Positions 9,540 through 19,018 are shown, counted from the stretch's first letter. The stretch: DNA of 64,000 nt from Mycobacteriales bacterium (GCA_038231335.1 JBBRLM010000010.1:52580-116579); one strand, 5' to 3'. Numbers and translations are program-made. Notes: a model not told the origin generated them from the letters alone.

Positions 9540-10319
9540 TCAGCCGGAGCGCGTGTCCGGGTCCAGCCGGCTGCGCAGGCGGTCGAGGGTCTGGGCCAGC
9601 AGCCGCGAGACGTGCATCTGCGAGATGCCGACCTTGTCGGCGATCTGGGTCTGCGTCATGTTGCCGAAGAACCGCAGCAGCACGATGGTGCGCTCGCGCT
9701 CGGCCAGCTCGGCGAGGACGGGCCGCAGGGCCTGCTGGAAGTCGACGCGGGCCAGCTCGGCGTCGGCCTCGCCGACCAGCTCGCCCACCGTGGCGCTGCC
9801 CTGCTCGGACGAGAGCATCTCGTCCAGCGACGAGCTGCGGTACGCCTCCGACGCCTCGAGTCCCTCCAGCACGTCGGCGACGGGGACGCCGAGCTGGTCG
9901 GCGATCTCGCTGGGGCGCGGGGCCCGGCCCAGGTCCTGGGAGAGGTTCGACACGGCGGTGTTGATCGACACGTGCAGGTCCTTGAGTCGTCGCGGCACCC
10001 GCATCGACCAGCCGAGATCGCGGAAGTGTCGTCGTACCTCACCGCTGATGGTGGGCACGGCGAAGGAGAAGAAGTCGGTGCCGCGGTCGGGGGAGTAGCG
10101 GTCGACGGCGTTGATCAGGCCGACCGTGGCCACCTGCACGAGGTCGTCGAGCGGCTCGCCGCGGTTGTTGAACCGCCGGGCGATGTGCTGCGCGACGGGG
10201 AGGAAACCGGTGACGAGCTCGTCGCGCAGCGCTTCGCGTCGCGGGTCGTCGGGGTCGAGGGCGGCGTACTTCTCGAGGAGCGGAGACAGGTGGCCGTACT
10301 CGGGGTCGCCCTGGGTCAC
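9540..10319 (-). CDS. sigF: SigB/SigF/SigG-family sigma factor (SigF-like)
   Basis: DDLVQVATVGLINAVDRY, FAVPTISGEVRRHFRD, GISQMHVSRLL; GTGA overlap with anti-sigma. Confidence 0.93.
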   Translation of the reverse strand: MTQGDPEYGHLSPLLEKYAALDPDDPRREALRDELVTGFLPVAQHIARRFNNRGEPLDDLVQVATVGLINAVDRYSPDRGTDFFSFAVPTISGEVRRHFRDLGWSMRVPRRLKDLHVSINTAVSNLSQDLGRAPRPSEIADQLGVPVADVLEGLEASEAYRSSSLDEMLSSEQGSATVGELVGEADAELARVDFQQALRPVLAELAERERTIVLLRFFGNMTQTQIADKVGISQMHVSRLLAQTLDRLRSRLDPDTRSG

Positions 10320-10756
10320 CGGGAGGTTTCGCCGGCGTGCTTGTCCAGCCGGATCCCGACCGTCGGGCCGTTGCCGTCGACGCCGGGGGTGCGCAGCGCC
10401 TGCACGTCGTCGGCGAGGGTCTGCAGCACCCGCCAGCCGAACGTGTCGGTGGAGACGGCGGCGTCGGGCTGCCCGGCGTTGACCTCGGCGCGCACCTCGA
10501 TGCGTTCCTGGCGCACGAGGAACGTGCACCGCAGCGTGGACGAGGGAGCCGCGACGTCGACGAGCGTGGCGCAGGCCTCGTCCACGGCCATGCGCAGGTC
10601 GGAGATCGCGTCGAGGTCGAAGTCGGCCCGTGCGGCGAGATCGGAGGCGACCGCCCGGATGGTGGGGATCAGCGCGGCGTTCGCCGACGTGCGGACCTCC
10701 ACGGTGGACACCCCGTCGAGCGTCTCGGCGGATGAGGGGAAGTCCAGGTCGGACAC
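10316..10756 (-). CDS. rsbW: Anti-sigma factor, UsfX/RsbW type
   Basis: DLRMAVDEACATL, FGWRVLQTLADDV; directly upstream of sigF. Confidence 0.88.
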   Translation of the reverse strand: MSDLDFPSSAETLDGVSTVEVRTSANAALIPTIRAVASDLAARADFDLDAISDLRMAVDEACATLVDVAAPSSTLRCTFLVRQERIEVRAEVNAGQPDAAVSTDTFGWRVLQTLADDVQALRTPGVDGNGPTVGIRLDKHAGETSR

Positions 10757-10808
10757 GCTGGCGGTCTCCTTCCGGTGGAACTGGCGAGGTGGTGATCGGT
10801 CATCTTGC

Positions 10809-10833
10809 TACCCGAGCGGGTGATCGTTCAAAC
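10809..10833 (-). promoter_or_regulatory. SigF-type promoter of rsbW-sigF
   Basis: Minus strand GTTT-N16-GGGTA. Confidence 0.8.
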
Positions 10834-11214
10834 GACCGCTGCGGACACATCCTCGTACATGTCGAAAAGCTGGTCGGAACCGGTGATCTGCAGGGGCCTG
10901 CGCACGGCCCGCGAGGGGGCCACGAGCCGCAGCCGCAGGTGCCGTTCCGTGGCCCGGTGGGCGGCCCGGATGAGCACCGCCAGCCCGCTGGAGGCGAGGA
11001 ACGTGACCCCGGTCAGGTCCACCACCACCAGCTGCCCGGCGCCGGGATCGGCCAGCAGATCGCGCAGGGCCTGCTCCAGCGCGGGCGCGGTGAGGGTGTC
11101 CACCTCGCCGTGGACGTCGAGGAGGGCGGTGCCGGGCCGCGGCGCGGTGATCGAGGTCCGCAGTGGCGGGGTGTCGACGGTGGGCCGGGACCCGGGAGCC
11201 ACGGGCTCGGTCAC
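10828..11214 (-). CDS. STAS anti-anti-sigma factor (RsfB/RsbV-like)
   Basis: GEVDTLTAP, DLTGVTFLASSGLAVL; GGAGG RBS. Confidence 0.92.
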   Translation of the reverse strand: MTEPVAPGSRPTVDTPPLRTSITAPRPGTALLDVHGEVDTLTAPALEQALRDLLADPGAGQLVVVDLTGVTFLASSGLAVLIRAAHRATERHLRLRLVAPSRAVRRPLQITGSDQLFDMYEDVSAAVV

Positions 11215-11342
11215 GGCGGGTCACCTCCGGCTGGTCGCGTCAGCGGTACTGGGAGCGGCTGGAGTCTCAACCACGTTGTGCGCAACATTAGCGGCGCGCC
11301 CACGTCTCGCGACCCCGGGGCGTCCGGTCCTAGGCTGTCCGG

Positions 11343-13538
11343 GTGGTGGATGTTCACGGAATGCCGCCGGCGGTGGCGGCTGCGGCGCAGCTGCCCCAGG
11401 TACTGGGTGGGGCTCCGGCCGCCATCCTCGTGATCGACCTGCGGGAGCGGATGGTCGTCTACGCCAACGCCGCGGCGATCGAGCTCACGGGTGACCGGGT
11501 CACCCTGCCCGTCGACATCGACGAGTGGGGCGACGCGGCGGGCCTCACCGACCTCGGCCGCAGGCGCATGAGCGAGACCCACTCCCCGCTGTCGATGGTG
11601 GCCAGCGGCATCCCGGTGGCCGGCGAGCCGGTCGCGGTCCACGACGAGGCGCGGCGCGGGTCGTCGGCCACCTCGGAGCAGCGGGAGGCCTCGGAGGGGC
11701 GGCTGCTGTGGGTCACGGGCTTCGGGCTGTCCGGCGTCATGGACCAACCGATCGCCGGGCCGGCTGACGGCGACCTGGAGACCCGCGCCCTGGTGGTGTT
11801 CCAGCAGCTCTCCGACACCGAGCACGGGCAGCGCCGCCGGCTCGAGGTGCTGCGCGACCGGGCCGTCGTCGCCACCGAGATGTCGTTCACGATCACCGAT
11901 CCCCGGCTGCCCGACGACCCGTTGGTCTGGGTGAACCCGTCGTTCACCCGGCTCACCGGCTATCCGCTGGACGAGGTCATCGGCAAGAACTGCCGGCTGC
12001 TGCAGGGCCCGAACACCGACCGGGCCGCGATCGACCGGATCGTCGGGGCATTGCACCGCCGGGAGCCCGTCACCGAGGTGCTGCTCAACTACCGGCGCAA
12101 CGGCACCGCCTACTGGAACCAGGTGTCGATCTCGCCGGTCTTCGACGGCACCGGCGAGCTGGTCAACTTCGTGGGCGTGCAGAACGACGTGACGGAGCGG
12201 ATCGTCGTCGAGCAGGAACGCCGGGCCGCGCTCGCCGACGCGGAGGAGGCCCGCGGGCAGCTCCGCCTGCTCGCCGAGGCCACCACGCAGATGACCGAGG
12301 CCCTGGACGTGGGGGATGCCTGCGAGCGACTCGCGAGCATCGTCGTTCCGCAGCTGGCGGACCTGTGCGCGGTGGACCTGCTGGAGCGCCCGGACTCGGC
12401 CACCCCGGTCCGGATGGCCGTGGCGGCGCGGGACGCCGCCGACGAGGCCCGTCTACGCATCCTCGGTGAGCGGCGCGACTACCGGGCGGGTGGGGGCAGC
12501 GACACCGGGTCCGTGCTCGGGGGCCGGGAGCCGGTGCTGCTGGCCGACCTGCCCGAACGGGGCACCGACCGCTATCCCGACGCCGCGGACACCGGGGCCG
12601 TCACCGCGTACGACCACCTCCGGCTCCGCTCGGCGATGGTGGTGCCGGTGCGCGCCCGGGGCCGGGTGCTCGGGTCGCTGACGCTGATGACCCAGCACCC
12701 CTACGGCCGGCGCTACGGACCGCGGGACCTGCACCTGGCCACGGACCTGGCCGGGCGCGCCGGTCTGGCCGTCGACAACGCCCGCCTCTACGAGCGCGAA
12801 CACGACGCGGCCGTCACGCTGCAGCACAGCCTGCTGCCGGCCCTGCCGGTGGTGGCCGGCCTGCAGCTCGCCGCGCGCTACCTCGTGGGCATGGACGGCA
12901 ACCAGGTCGGCGGGGACTGGTACGACGTCCTCCCGCTGCCCGACGGCGCCGTGGGTATCGCCGTGGGTGACGTGGTGGGCCACGACCTGCGCGCCGCGGC
13001 CGCCATGGGCCAGCTGCGCGGTGTGGTGCGCTCCTACGCGTGGGACGGCGGTCTGCCCGGGTCGGTGCTCGACCGTTGCGACCAGCTCGTGCAGGGCCTG
13101 GAGATGGCCGCGATGGCCACCGCGGTGTACGCCCGCATCGAGGAGCCCGATGCGACGGGCCGCCGGGTCGTCCGCTACGCCAACGCCGGCCATCCGGCGC
13201 CTCTGCTGCTGGAGCCCGACGGCACGCTCGTGCGGCTCGACCGGCAGCGGAGTCCGATGATCGGCGCGGTGCCGGACTTCGGCCGCCGCAGCGGGCCCGG
13301 CCGGGCGGAGGCCGAGGTCTCGTGCGCTCCGGGCTCGATCCTGCTGCTCTACACCGACGGCATCACCGACATCGCGGGTGAGGACGCCGACGAGCGCACC
13401 GAGCTGCTGGAACACACGGTGGCGCACCTCGAGCCGGGAACGGACGCCGAGAGCGTGGTGGAGGAGGTGCTCCGCGTGTGCGTGACCGAGGGGCTCCGCG
13501 ACGACGTGGCGCTGCTCGCGGTGCGGCTCGACGACTGA
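11343..13538 (+). CDS. PAS-LOV-GAF-PP2C (SpoIIE/RsbU-like) phosphatase, putative blue-light sensor
   Basis: LOV: TITDP..VWVNPSFTRLTGY..GKNCRLLQG..NYRRNG..WN..VGVQNDVT; PP2C: VGGDWYD, GDVVGH, NAGHP, YTDGI, DDVALL; TAGGCT -10 6 nt before GTG. Confidence 0.92.
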   Translation: MVDVHGMPPAVAAAAQLPQVLGGAPAAILVIDLRERMVVYANAAAIELTGDRVTLPVDIDEWGDAAGLTDLGRRRMSETHSPLSMVASGIPVAGEPVAVHDEARRGSSATSEQREASEGRLLWVTGFGLSGVMDQPIAGPADGDLETRALVVFQQLSDTEHGQRRRLEVLRDRAVVATEMSFTITDPRLPDDPLVWVNPSFTRLTGYPLDEVIGKNCRLLQGPNTDRAAIDRIVGALHRREPVTEVLLNYRRNGTAYWNQVSISPVFDGTGELVNFVGVQNDVTERIVVEQERRAALADAEEARGQLRLLAEATTQMTEALDVGDACERLASIVVPQLADLCAVDLLERPDSATPVRMAVAARDAADEARLRILGERRDYRAGGGSDTGSVLGGREPVLLADLPERGTDRYPDAADTGAVTAYDHLRLRSAMVVPVRARGRVLGSLTLMTQHPYGRRYGPRDLHLATDLAGRAGLAVDNARLYEREHDAAVTLQHSLLPALPVVAGLQLAARYLVGMDGNQVGGDWYDVLPLPDGAVGIAVGDVVGHDLRAAAAMGQLRGVVRSYAWDGGLPGSVLDRCDQLVQGLEMAAMATAVYARIEEPDATGRRVVRYANAGHPAPLLLEPDGTLVRLDRQRSPMIGAVPDFGRRSGPGRAEAEVSCAPGSILLLYTDGITDIAGEDADERTELLEHTVAHLEPGTDAESVVEEVLRVCVTEGLRDDVALLAVRLDD

Positions 13539-13739
13539 CCGCCCGCCGACCGTCCACCGTGGACAGGAAGAGATCCCGATCACCCTACCCGCGGGTAGTT
13601 CACCGTTCACGGATCTCCGGCGGCCGCTCGACCCGCAGGTGTCGGGGTGCGCTGGATCTATGTGGTGCACGACCTGTCTACTGCACCGTGAAAGACCTGG
13701 AGGCCCCGCGCGGGGCCCGCGTCGAAGGAGACGTACTCG

Positions 13740-14345
13740 ATGGTCGCGGTTCCGGACTTGCCTGCCTCCGCCGTGCCGGTGGCGGTCCACGCCCCCGGGC
13801 GGATCGGTCTTCCCGTCCATCGCCGGAGGGCGGTCGCGGTCGCCGCGAGCGCCATGGAGCTCTTCCGCCCCGAGTCCGATCTCGCCCGCCTGCTGGAGAG
13901 CTTCCAGGAGGTCGACCTGCTGCTGGCGGCCGACGACACCCCCGTCCAGGCCTGCGGATCCGTACACGTCCTGAGCCCTGCGGGAAGCGAGCCGATCGTG
14001 CTCGACGACAGCGTCGACGACGACGAGCGCGGGGACGACGAGGCGGACGACGTCCAGGCCAGGGCTTCCGCGCTCGACCTCGCCGACCTGCAGGTGCACC
14101 GGCTGGGCCTGCTCCACCCACTCGGTCCGGCCGCGGAGGCCGACGTGGTGGCCGCGATGAGCGAGCTCGTCGGTTTCGACCCGGAGCCCGGCGTCTACTG
14201 CCTGGCTCCGGCCGTGTCGCCGTCCGACGCTGGTCGTACGGCGGTCGGACGGGCGGCACAGCGGATCGCGCAGGTCTACGGCATCCCGCTGCTGCGCTAC
14301 CGCTGCCTCGAGCTCTCGGTGGTCGGCCCGGAGCAGCTCGGGTAG
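13740..14345 (+). CDS. Hypothetical protein with acidic linker
   Basis: GAAGGAG RBS; coding-like GC3; no family recognised. Confidence 0.7.
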   Translation: MVAVPDLPASAVPVAVHAPGRIGLPVHRRRAVAVAASAMELFRPESDLARLLESFQEVDLLLAADDTPVQACGSVHVLSPAGSEPIVLDDSVDDDERGDDEADDVQARASALDLADLQVHRLGLLHPLGPAAEADVVAAMSELVGFDPEPGVYCLAPAVSPSDAGRTAVGRAAQRIAQVYGIPLLRYRCLELSVVGPEQLG

Positions 14346-14348
14346 GGC

Positions 14349-14642
14349 CTAGCTCGCCAGCGCGATCCCCTGACGCTCCAGGATGACGCGCCGCTCCGCC
14401 TCGGCGAGTCCGCCCCACACGCCGAACGGCTCACGCGTCTCCAGGGCGAACTCGCGGCACTGCTCCACCACGGGGCAGCGACCACACACCTCCTTGGCCT
14501 GCGCGGTGCGGCGGGCCCGGGACGGGTTGCGCTCGCCGTCCGGGTGGAAGAAGACGCCGCTGTCCATGCCGCGGCAGGAGCCGAGGCGCTGCCACTGCCA
14601 GGCGAAGTCCATGGGACCGGGAAGCCGCGAAACGTCGCTCAT
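14349..14642 (-). CDS. WhiB-family Fe-S regulator, WhiB3/WhiD-like
   Basis: SRLPGP..WQ..GSCRGMDSGVFFHPDGER, C-x2-C-x5-C, GVWGGL; GAGGTG RBS. Confidence 0.93.
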   Translation of the reverse strand: MSDVSRLPGPMDFAWQWQRLGSCRGMDSGVFFHPDGERNPSRARRTAQAKEVCGRCPVVEQCREFALETREPFGVWGGLAEAERRVILERQGIALAS

Positions 14643-14691
14643 CGTCACCTCTTCGCTCGTGCCCGGACGAGCCGGGCGATCGAGGTGCAAC

Positions 14692-14716
14692 TTCCCGGGT
14701 GGTTGCGCGACCAAAC
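14692..14716 (-). promoter_or_regulatory. SigF-type promoter of whiB-like gene
   Basis: Minus strand GTTT-N16-GGGAA, ~50 nt upstream of ATG. Confidence 0.7.
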
Positions 14717-14831
14717 GCCTGGATTCGGTCCGCGTTCGGAGCAGCGGGCATCAGCGACCGTCACCGGGTGGCGAATCTGCAGCTCAGGGCGTTGGCGCCG
14801 GAGGCACCCCGAGCCGCACCCCACTGGTGGA

Positions 14832-14847
14832 TGTGAGGTACATCACT
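14832..14847. promoter_or_regulatory. CRP/GlxR-like site
   Basis: TGTGA-GGTACA-TCACT, 1 mismatch to TGTGA-N6-TCACA, intergenic. Confidence 0.5.
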
Positions 14848-14852
14848 CTCGA

Positions 14853-15260
14853 TCAGGTCTCGGCGAGGGCCTGGTCGACCGTGTCGTGGATGTCGAACAG
14901 CGGGACGAGGCCCGCGATCGACAGCGGCCGCAGCACCCGTCGTGCGGTGCACGCGAGGCGGAGCTCCACCCCGGCCGCGTGGGCGGCCTCGCGCACCTCG
15001 ATGAGGACGGCGAGCCCGCTCGTGCCGAGGAAGGTCACCCCGTCGAGATCGAGGACGACGAGCTCGGTGCCCGCCGCGTACTGGTCGAGCACGGCGGAGC
15101 GCAGGTGCGGCGAGGTGACCATGTCGACCTCACCACCCACCTCGATGACCGTCTGCTTGTCGCCCGGGGTGCTCAGCGAGAGGGTGATCTGGTCGTCGGC
15201 ATCCCCGCCGCGGGGTACCGGCGGCGGATCGAAGGCGGGGTTCTCTCGCGTCTCAGACAT
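14853..15260 (-). CDS. STAS anti-anti-sigma factor
   Basis: GGEVDMVTSPHL, DLDGVTFLGTSGLAVL; TACGGT -10 7 nt before ATG. Confidence 0.92.
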   Translation of the reverse strand: MSETRENPAFDPPPVPRGGDADDQITLSLSTPGDKQTVIEVGGEVDMVTSPHLRSAVLDQYAAGTELVVLDLDGVTFLGTSGLAVLIEVREAAHAAGVELRLACTARRVLRPLSIAGLVPLFDIHDTVDQALAET

Positions 15261-15318
15261 CGGGGTCACCGTAGGGCTCGCGGGCTCCACCTGCCACCGC
15301 AGGCCATAGCCTCGACGG

Positions 15319-16422
15319 GTGACCCGCTCCGTCGACCGTTCCTGCTCCCGCACCCGCGCCTGGGTCGACGAGGCGATCCGGCTCGTCGAGGCCGACGCCA
15401 ACCGCTCGGCCGACACCCACCTGCACGTCTTCCCGCTGCCGGCCGAGTGGGGCGTCGACGTCTATCTCAAGGACGAGTCGGTGCACCCGACCGGCAGCCT
15501 CAAGCACCGGTTGGCCCGGTCGCTGTTCCTGCACGCGCTGGTCAACGGCTGGATCGTCGAGGGCACCACGGTGGTGGAGGCCAGCTCCGGCTCCACCGCC
15601 GTGTCGGAGGCGTACTTCGCACGGCTGATCGGGGTGCCGTTCGTCGCCGTCATGCCGCGCTCCACGAGCCCGGAGAAGATCGCGCTCATCGAGCGGTACG
15701 GCGGGCGCTGCCACTTCGTCGACCGGGCCGCGGACATGTACGGGGAGGCCCAGCGGCTCGCGGACGGGTCGGGCGGGCACTACCTCGACCAGTTCACCCA
15801 CGCCGAGAGCGCCACGGACTGGCGGGGCAACAACAACATCGCCGAGTCGATCTTCAGCCAGCTCGCGCTGGAGCGCCACCCCGTGCCGTCGTGGATCGTG
15901 GTCGGGGCCGGGACGGGCGGTACGTCGGCCACGATCGGCCGCTACCTGCGCTATCGCCGGCACCCGACGCGGCTGGCCGTCGTCGACCCGGAGAACTCGG
16001 CGTTCCTGCCCGGGTGGGCGAGCGGCACCCCCGACCACACCACCGGCATCTCGTCGCGGATCGAGGGCATCGGGCGGCCGCGGATGGAGCCCAGCTTCGT
16101 CGCCGGGGTGATCGATCGCATGATCGCTGTCCCGGACGCGGCGAGCGTCGCCGCAGCGAGGCACCTGCACGCCGTCACGGGGCGCTGGGCGGGTGGCTCC
16201 ACGGGCACCAACCTGTGGGGTGTCTGGCAGCTGGTGGCGCGGATGCGCGAGAAGGGCGTGCGCGGCAGCATCGTCACGCTGATCTGCGACGGCGGCGAGC
16301 GCTACCGGCACAGCTACTACGACGACGGCTGGGTGGCGGGGCAGGGTATGGATCTCGCTCCGTACACGGCCGCACTCGAGGAGTTCATAGCCAGTGGGGA
16401 ATGGTCCCCTCCGCCCGTTTGA
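15319..16422 (+). CDS. cds1: PLP-dependent cysteine synthase-family enzyme, L-cysteine desulfhydrase Cds1-like
   Basis: [50 protein letters not shown]. Confidence 0.85.
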   Translation: MTRSVDRSCSRTRAWVDEAIRLVEADANRSADTHLHVFPLPAEWGVDVYLKDESVHPTGSLKHRLARSLFLHALVNGWIVEGTTVVEASSGSTAVSEAYFARLIGVPFVAVMPRSTSPEKIALIERYGGRCHFVDRAADMYGEAQRLADGSGGHYLDQFTHAESATDWRGNNNIAESIFSQLALERHPVPSWIVVGAGTGGTSATIGRYLRYRRHPTRLAVVDPENSAFLPGWASGTPDHTTGISSRIEGIGRPRMEPSFVAGVIDRMIAVPDAASVAAARHLHAVTGRWAGGSTGTNLWGVWQLVARMREKGVRGSIVTLICDGGERYRHSYYDDGWVAGQGMDLAPYTAALEEFIASGEWSPPPV

Positions 16423-16554
16423 GTAGTTGTGTCCGATAGCGGTTGTATATCCGGTGTTCACCTTCTGGACGGTTCGGTCAGAGACGGTGACGCACGGCCA
16501 CCACCCGATCGAAGGATCTCGATCGGCCGTGCACGGACACTGGAGACGCATCGC

Positions 16555-17979
16555 ATGACTGACGGACTGAACCGGCGGGACTTCCTGGCGCGCAGCGCCA
16601 TGGCGGGCGCGGGAGTGGCGCTGATCGGCAGCACCGAGATGCTGCTGACCACGCCGGAGGCGTCTGCGGCTCCCGCGGCGCGTCCCGCCCCCGCGGCCGG
16701 CTACGGCGCGCTGGTCGCCGACCCGGCCGGGCGGCTGGCCCTGCCGAAGGGCTTCTCGTACACCGTCGTGACCCAGGCCGGTGCCACGAAGCTGGAGTCG
16801 GGTGAGTTCACTCCCCGCAACCACGACGGCACCGGCACGTTCAAGGGCAGGAGCGGGCGCACGCTCCTGGTCAACAACCACGAGATCCGCGAGCCGTTCG
16901 GCACCCACCTTCCCGTGCCGCACCTCGACGGCCTGACCTACGACCCGGGCGCCGCGGGCGGCTGCACCATCATCGAGGTCGACCGCGACGGCAAGCGGAT
17001 CAGCGAGCGCGTCGGCGTCGCGGGCACCCGCACCAACTGCGCGGGCGGAGTCACGCCGTGGGACACCTGGCTCACCTGCGAGGAGGTGTACTCCACCGCG
17101 GGCACCGACGGGTTCCAGAAGGACCACGGCTACGTCTTCGAGGTCGACCCGTTCGACCGCGAGGCCAACAAGAACCCGCAGCCGATCAAGGCGTTGGGCC
17201 GCCTCGAGCACGAGGCCGTGGCGGTCGACCCCCACCGCGACCACATCTACCTCACCGAGGACGCGTCCACGCCCACCGGCCTGCTCTACCGCTGGGAGCC
17301 CCCCAAGGGCTACCGGGGCAAGAAGGGCGCGTTGCGCAAGCTCGGGGCGACCGACGGGGTGTTCGCGGCGATGAGGGCCTCGAACGAAGCCGGCAAGCAC
17401 GTGGCCGACCTGTCGCTGGTCACGCAGCCGGGCACCGTCCTGAAGGTCGGGTGGAAGGCGATCCCCGACCGCGACGCCCGCACCGTCCCCACCCGCAAGC
17501 AGCTCCCCGACACCGAGGTCACCCGCTCGAAGAAGCTCGAGGGTGCCTGGTGGGGCGACGGTGGCGCGTACATCGTCTCCAGCTTCTCCCGCGAGACCGA
17601 CAACCCGGGCGTCTCGAAGGTGCACGACGGGCAGATCTGGTTCTACGACCCGAAGCGCTCCACGATCACGCTGAAGCTGCTGTTCGGCAAGAACCCCGAT
17701 CCCACCGTGGACGGGGCGTTCGACGGCCCCGACAACGTCAGCGTCTCGCCGTACGGCGGCGTGATCCTGGCCGAGGACGGAGAGGGTGTCCAGCACCTCG
17801 TGGGTGCCACCGACAGCGGCACGACGTTCCCCGTGGCACGCAACGACTTCTCCGACGCCACGAAGAACGTCGAGTTCACCGGGCCGGTCTACTCGCCCGA
17901 CGGGAAGGTCCTGTTCGCCAACATCCAGGAGCCCGGCTACATGTTCGCCATCACCGGCCCGTGGCGGCGCCAGAAGTAG
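16555..17979 (+). CDS. phoX: Tat-exported PhoX-family alkaline phosphatase
   Basis: NRRDFL Tat signal; NCAGGVTPWDTWLTCEE, EHEAVAVD, DGPDN, EFTGP. Confidence 0.9.
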   Translation: MTDGLNRRDFLARSAMAGAGVALIGSTEMLLTTPEASAAPAARPAPAAGYGALVADPAGRLALPKGFSYTVVTQAGATKLESGEFTPRNHDGTGTFKGRSGRTLLVNNHEIREPFGTHLPVPHLDGLTYDPGAAGGCTIIEVDRDGKRISERVGVAGTRTNCAGGVTPWDTWLTCEEVYSTAGTDGFQKDHGYVFEVDPFDREANKNPQPIKALGRLEHEAVAVDPHRDHIYLTEDASTPTGLLYRWEPPKGYRGKKGALRKLGATDGVFAAMRASNEAGKHVADLSLVTQPGTVLKVGWKAIPDRDARTVPTRKQLPDTEVTRSKKLEGAWWGDGGAYIVSSFSRETDNPGVSKVHDGQIWFYDPKRSTITLKLLFGKNPDPTVDGAFDGPDNVSVSPYGGVILAEDGEGVQHLVGATDSGTTFPVARNDFSDATKNVEFTGPVYSPDGKVLFANIQEPGYMFAITGPWRRQK

Positions 17980-19018
17980 CGGCGGCGCAGAGATAGCGGC
18001 GGCGCAGGCCCGGGTTCTCCAGCGCCGGAGGTCGGTAGGCCTGGTCGAGGGTGCCGACGTCGGTGCCGGGCGGCACGATGTCGTCGATGCGGTCGAGGAC
18101 GTCGTCGGTGAGGGTGACCTCCAGGCCGGCGAGCAGGGCGTCGAGGTGGTCCATGGTCCGGACGCCGACCAGTGCGCTGGTGACGCCGGGGTGGGCGACG
18201 GTGAACGCCATCGCGAGGTGGGTCATCGGCAGGCCCGCCTCGGCGGCGAGCGGGATGAGCTTCTCGACCGCGTCGAGCCGTCGCTCGTCGTCGAGATGGC
18301 GCATCATGCCGGCGCGCCGCAGGGTGTTGTCCTGGTCCTTGCGGACGCGGCCGGTGAGCAGACCCTGTCCGAGCGGCCCCCAGACGAGGGTGCCCATGCC
18401 GAAGCGCTGGGTGGTGGGCAGGATCTCGCGTTCGATTCCGCGGTTGAGGATGGAGTAGACCGGCTGCTCGGTGTGGAAGCGCGCGAGCCCGCGCCGCTCG
18501 GCGACCCACTGGGCCTCGACGATGTCGGCGGCGGGGGTCTGCGACGCGCCGATCGCGCGAACCTTGCCGCTGGTGATCAGGTCCGTCAGTGCGGAGAGGG
18601 TCTCCTCGACGTCGGTGTCGGGATCGGGGCGGTGGAGCTGGTAGAGGTCGATGTGGTCGGTCTGCAAGCGGCGCAGCGAGTTCTCCACCGCGGTGACGAT
18701 CCAGCGCCGCGAGGCGCCCTGGCGATTGGAGCCTTGGCCGTGCGGGCCCTGCTGGGTGGGGTCCTGCCTGGTCGGGCGGCCGAACTTGGTGGCGAGCACG
18801 ACGTCGTCGCGGCGCCCCCGCAGGGCCCTGCCGACCACGTCCTCGGAGTCGCCGTAGGCGTCGGCGGTGTCGACGACGTTGATGCCCGCGTCGAGCGCCT
18901 TGTGGATGATGCGGGCCGAGTCCTCGGGAGCGTTGCCCATCGTGGTGGCGAACATCAGGGCCCCCAGGGCGTAGGGGCTGACCTGGATACCGGTCCGGCC
19001 CAGTGTGCGGTACTGCAT
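17951..19018 (-). CDS. Aldo/keto reductase
   Basis: DTADAYG, ATKFG, SLRRLQTDHIDLYQLH, WGPLGQGLLTG. Confidence 0.93.
   Translation of the reverse strand: MQYRTLGRTGIQVSPYALGALMFATTMGNAPEDSARIIHKALDAGINVVDTADAYGDSEDVVGRALRGRRDDVVLATKFGRPTRQDPTQQGPHGQGSNRQGASRRWIVTAVENSLRRLQTDHIDLYQLHRPDPDTDVEETLSALTDLITSGKVRAIGASQTPAADIVEAQWVAERRGLARFHTEQPVYSILNRGIEREILPTTQRFGMGTLVWGPLGQGLLTGRVRKDQDNTLRRAGMMRHLDDERRLDAVEKLIPLAAEAGLPMTHLAMAFTVAHPGVTSALVGVRTMDHLDALLAGLEVTLTDDVLDRIDDIVPPGTDVGTLDQAYRPPALENPGLRRRYLCAAATSGAATGR

Noticed and set aside
11241-11275. SigF promoter for the first STAS gene
   Set aside because: GGTT is present but the -10 (CAGTA) has two mismatches to GGGTA
16440-16500. PHO box upstream of phoX
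   Set aside because: Only one good GTTCACC unit; no clear 11-nt-phased second repeat
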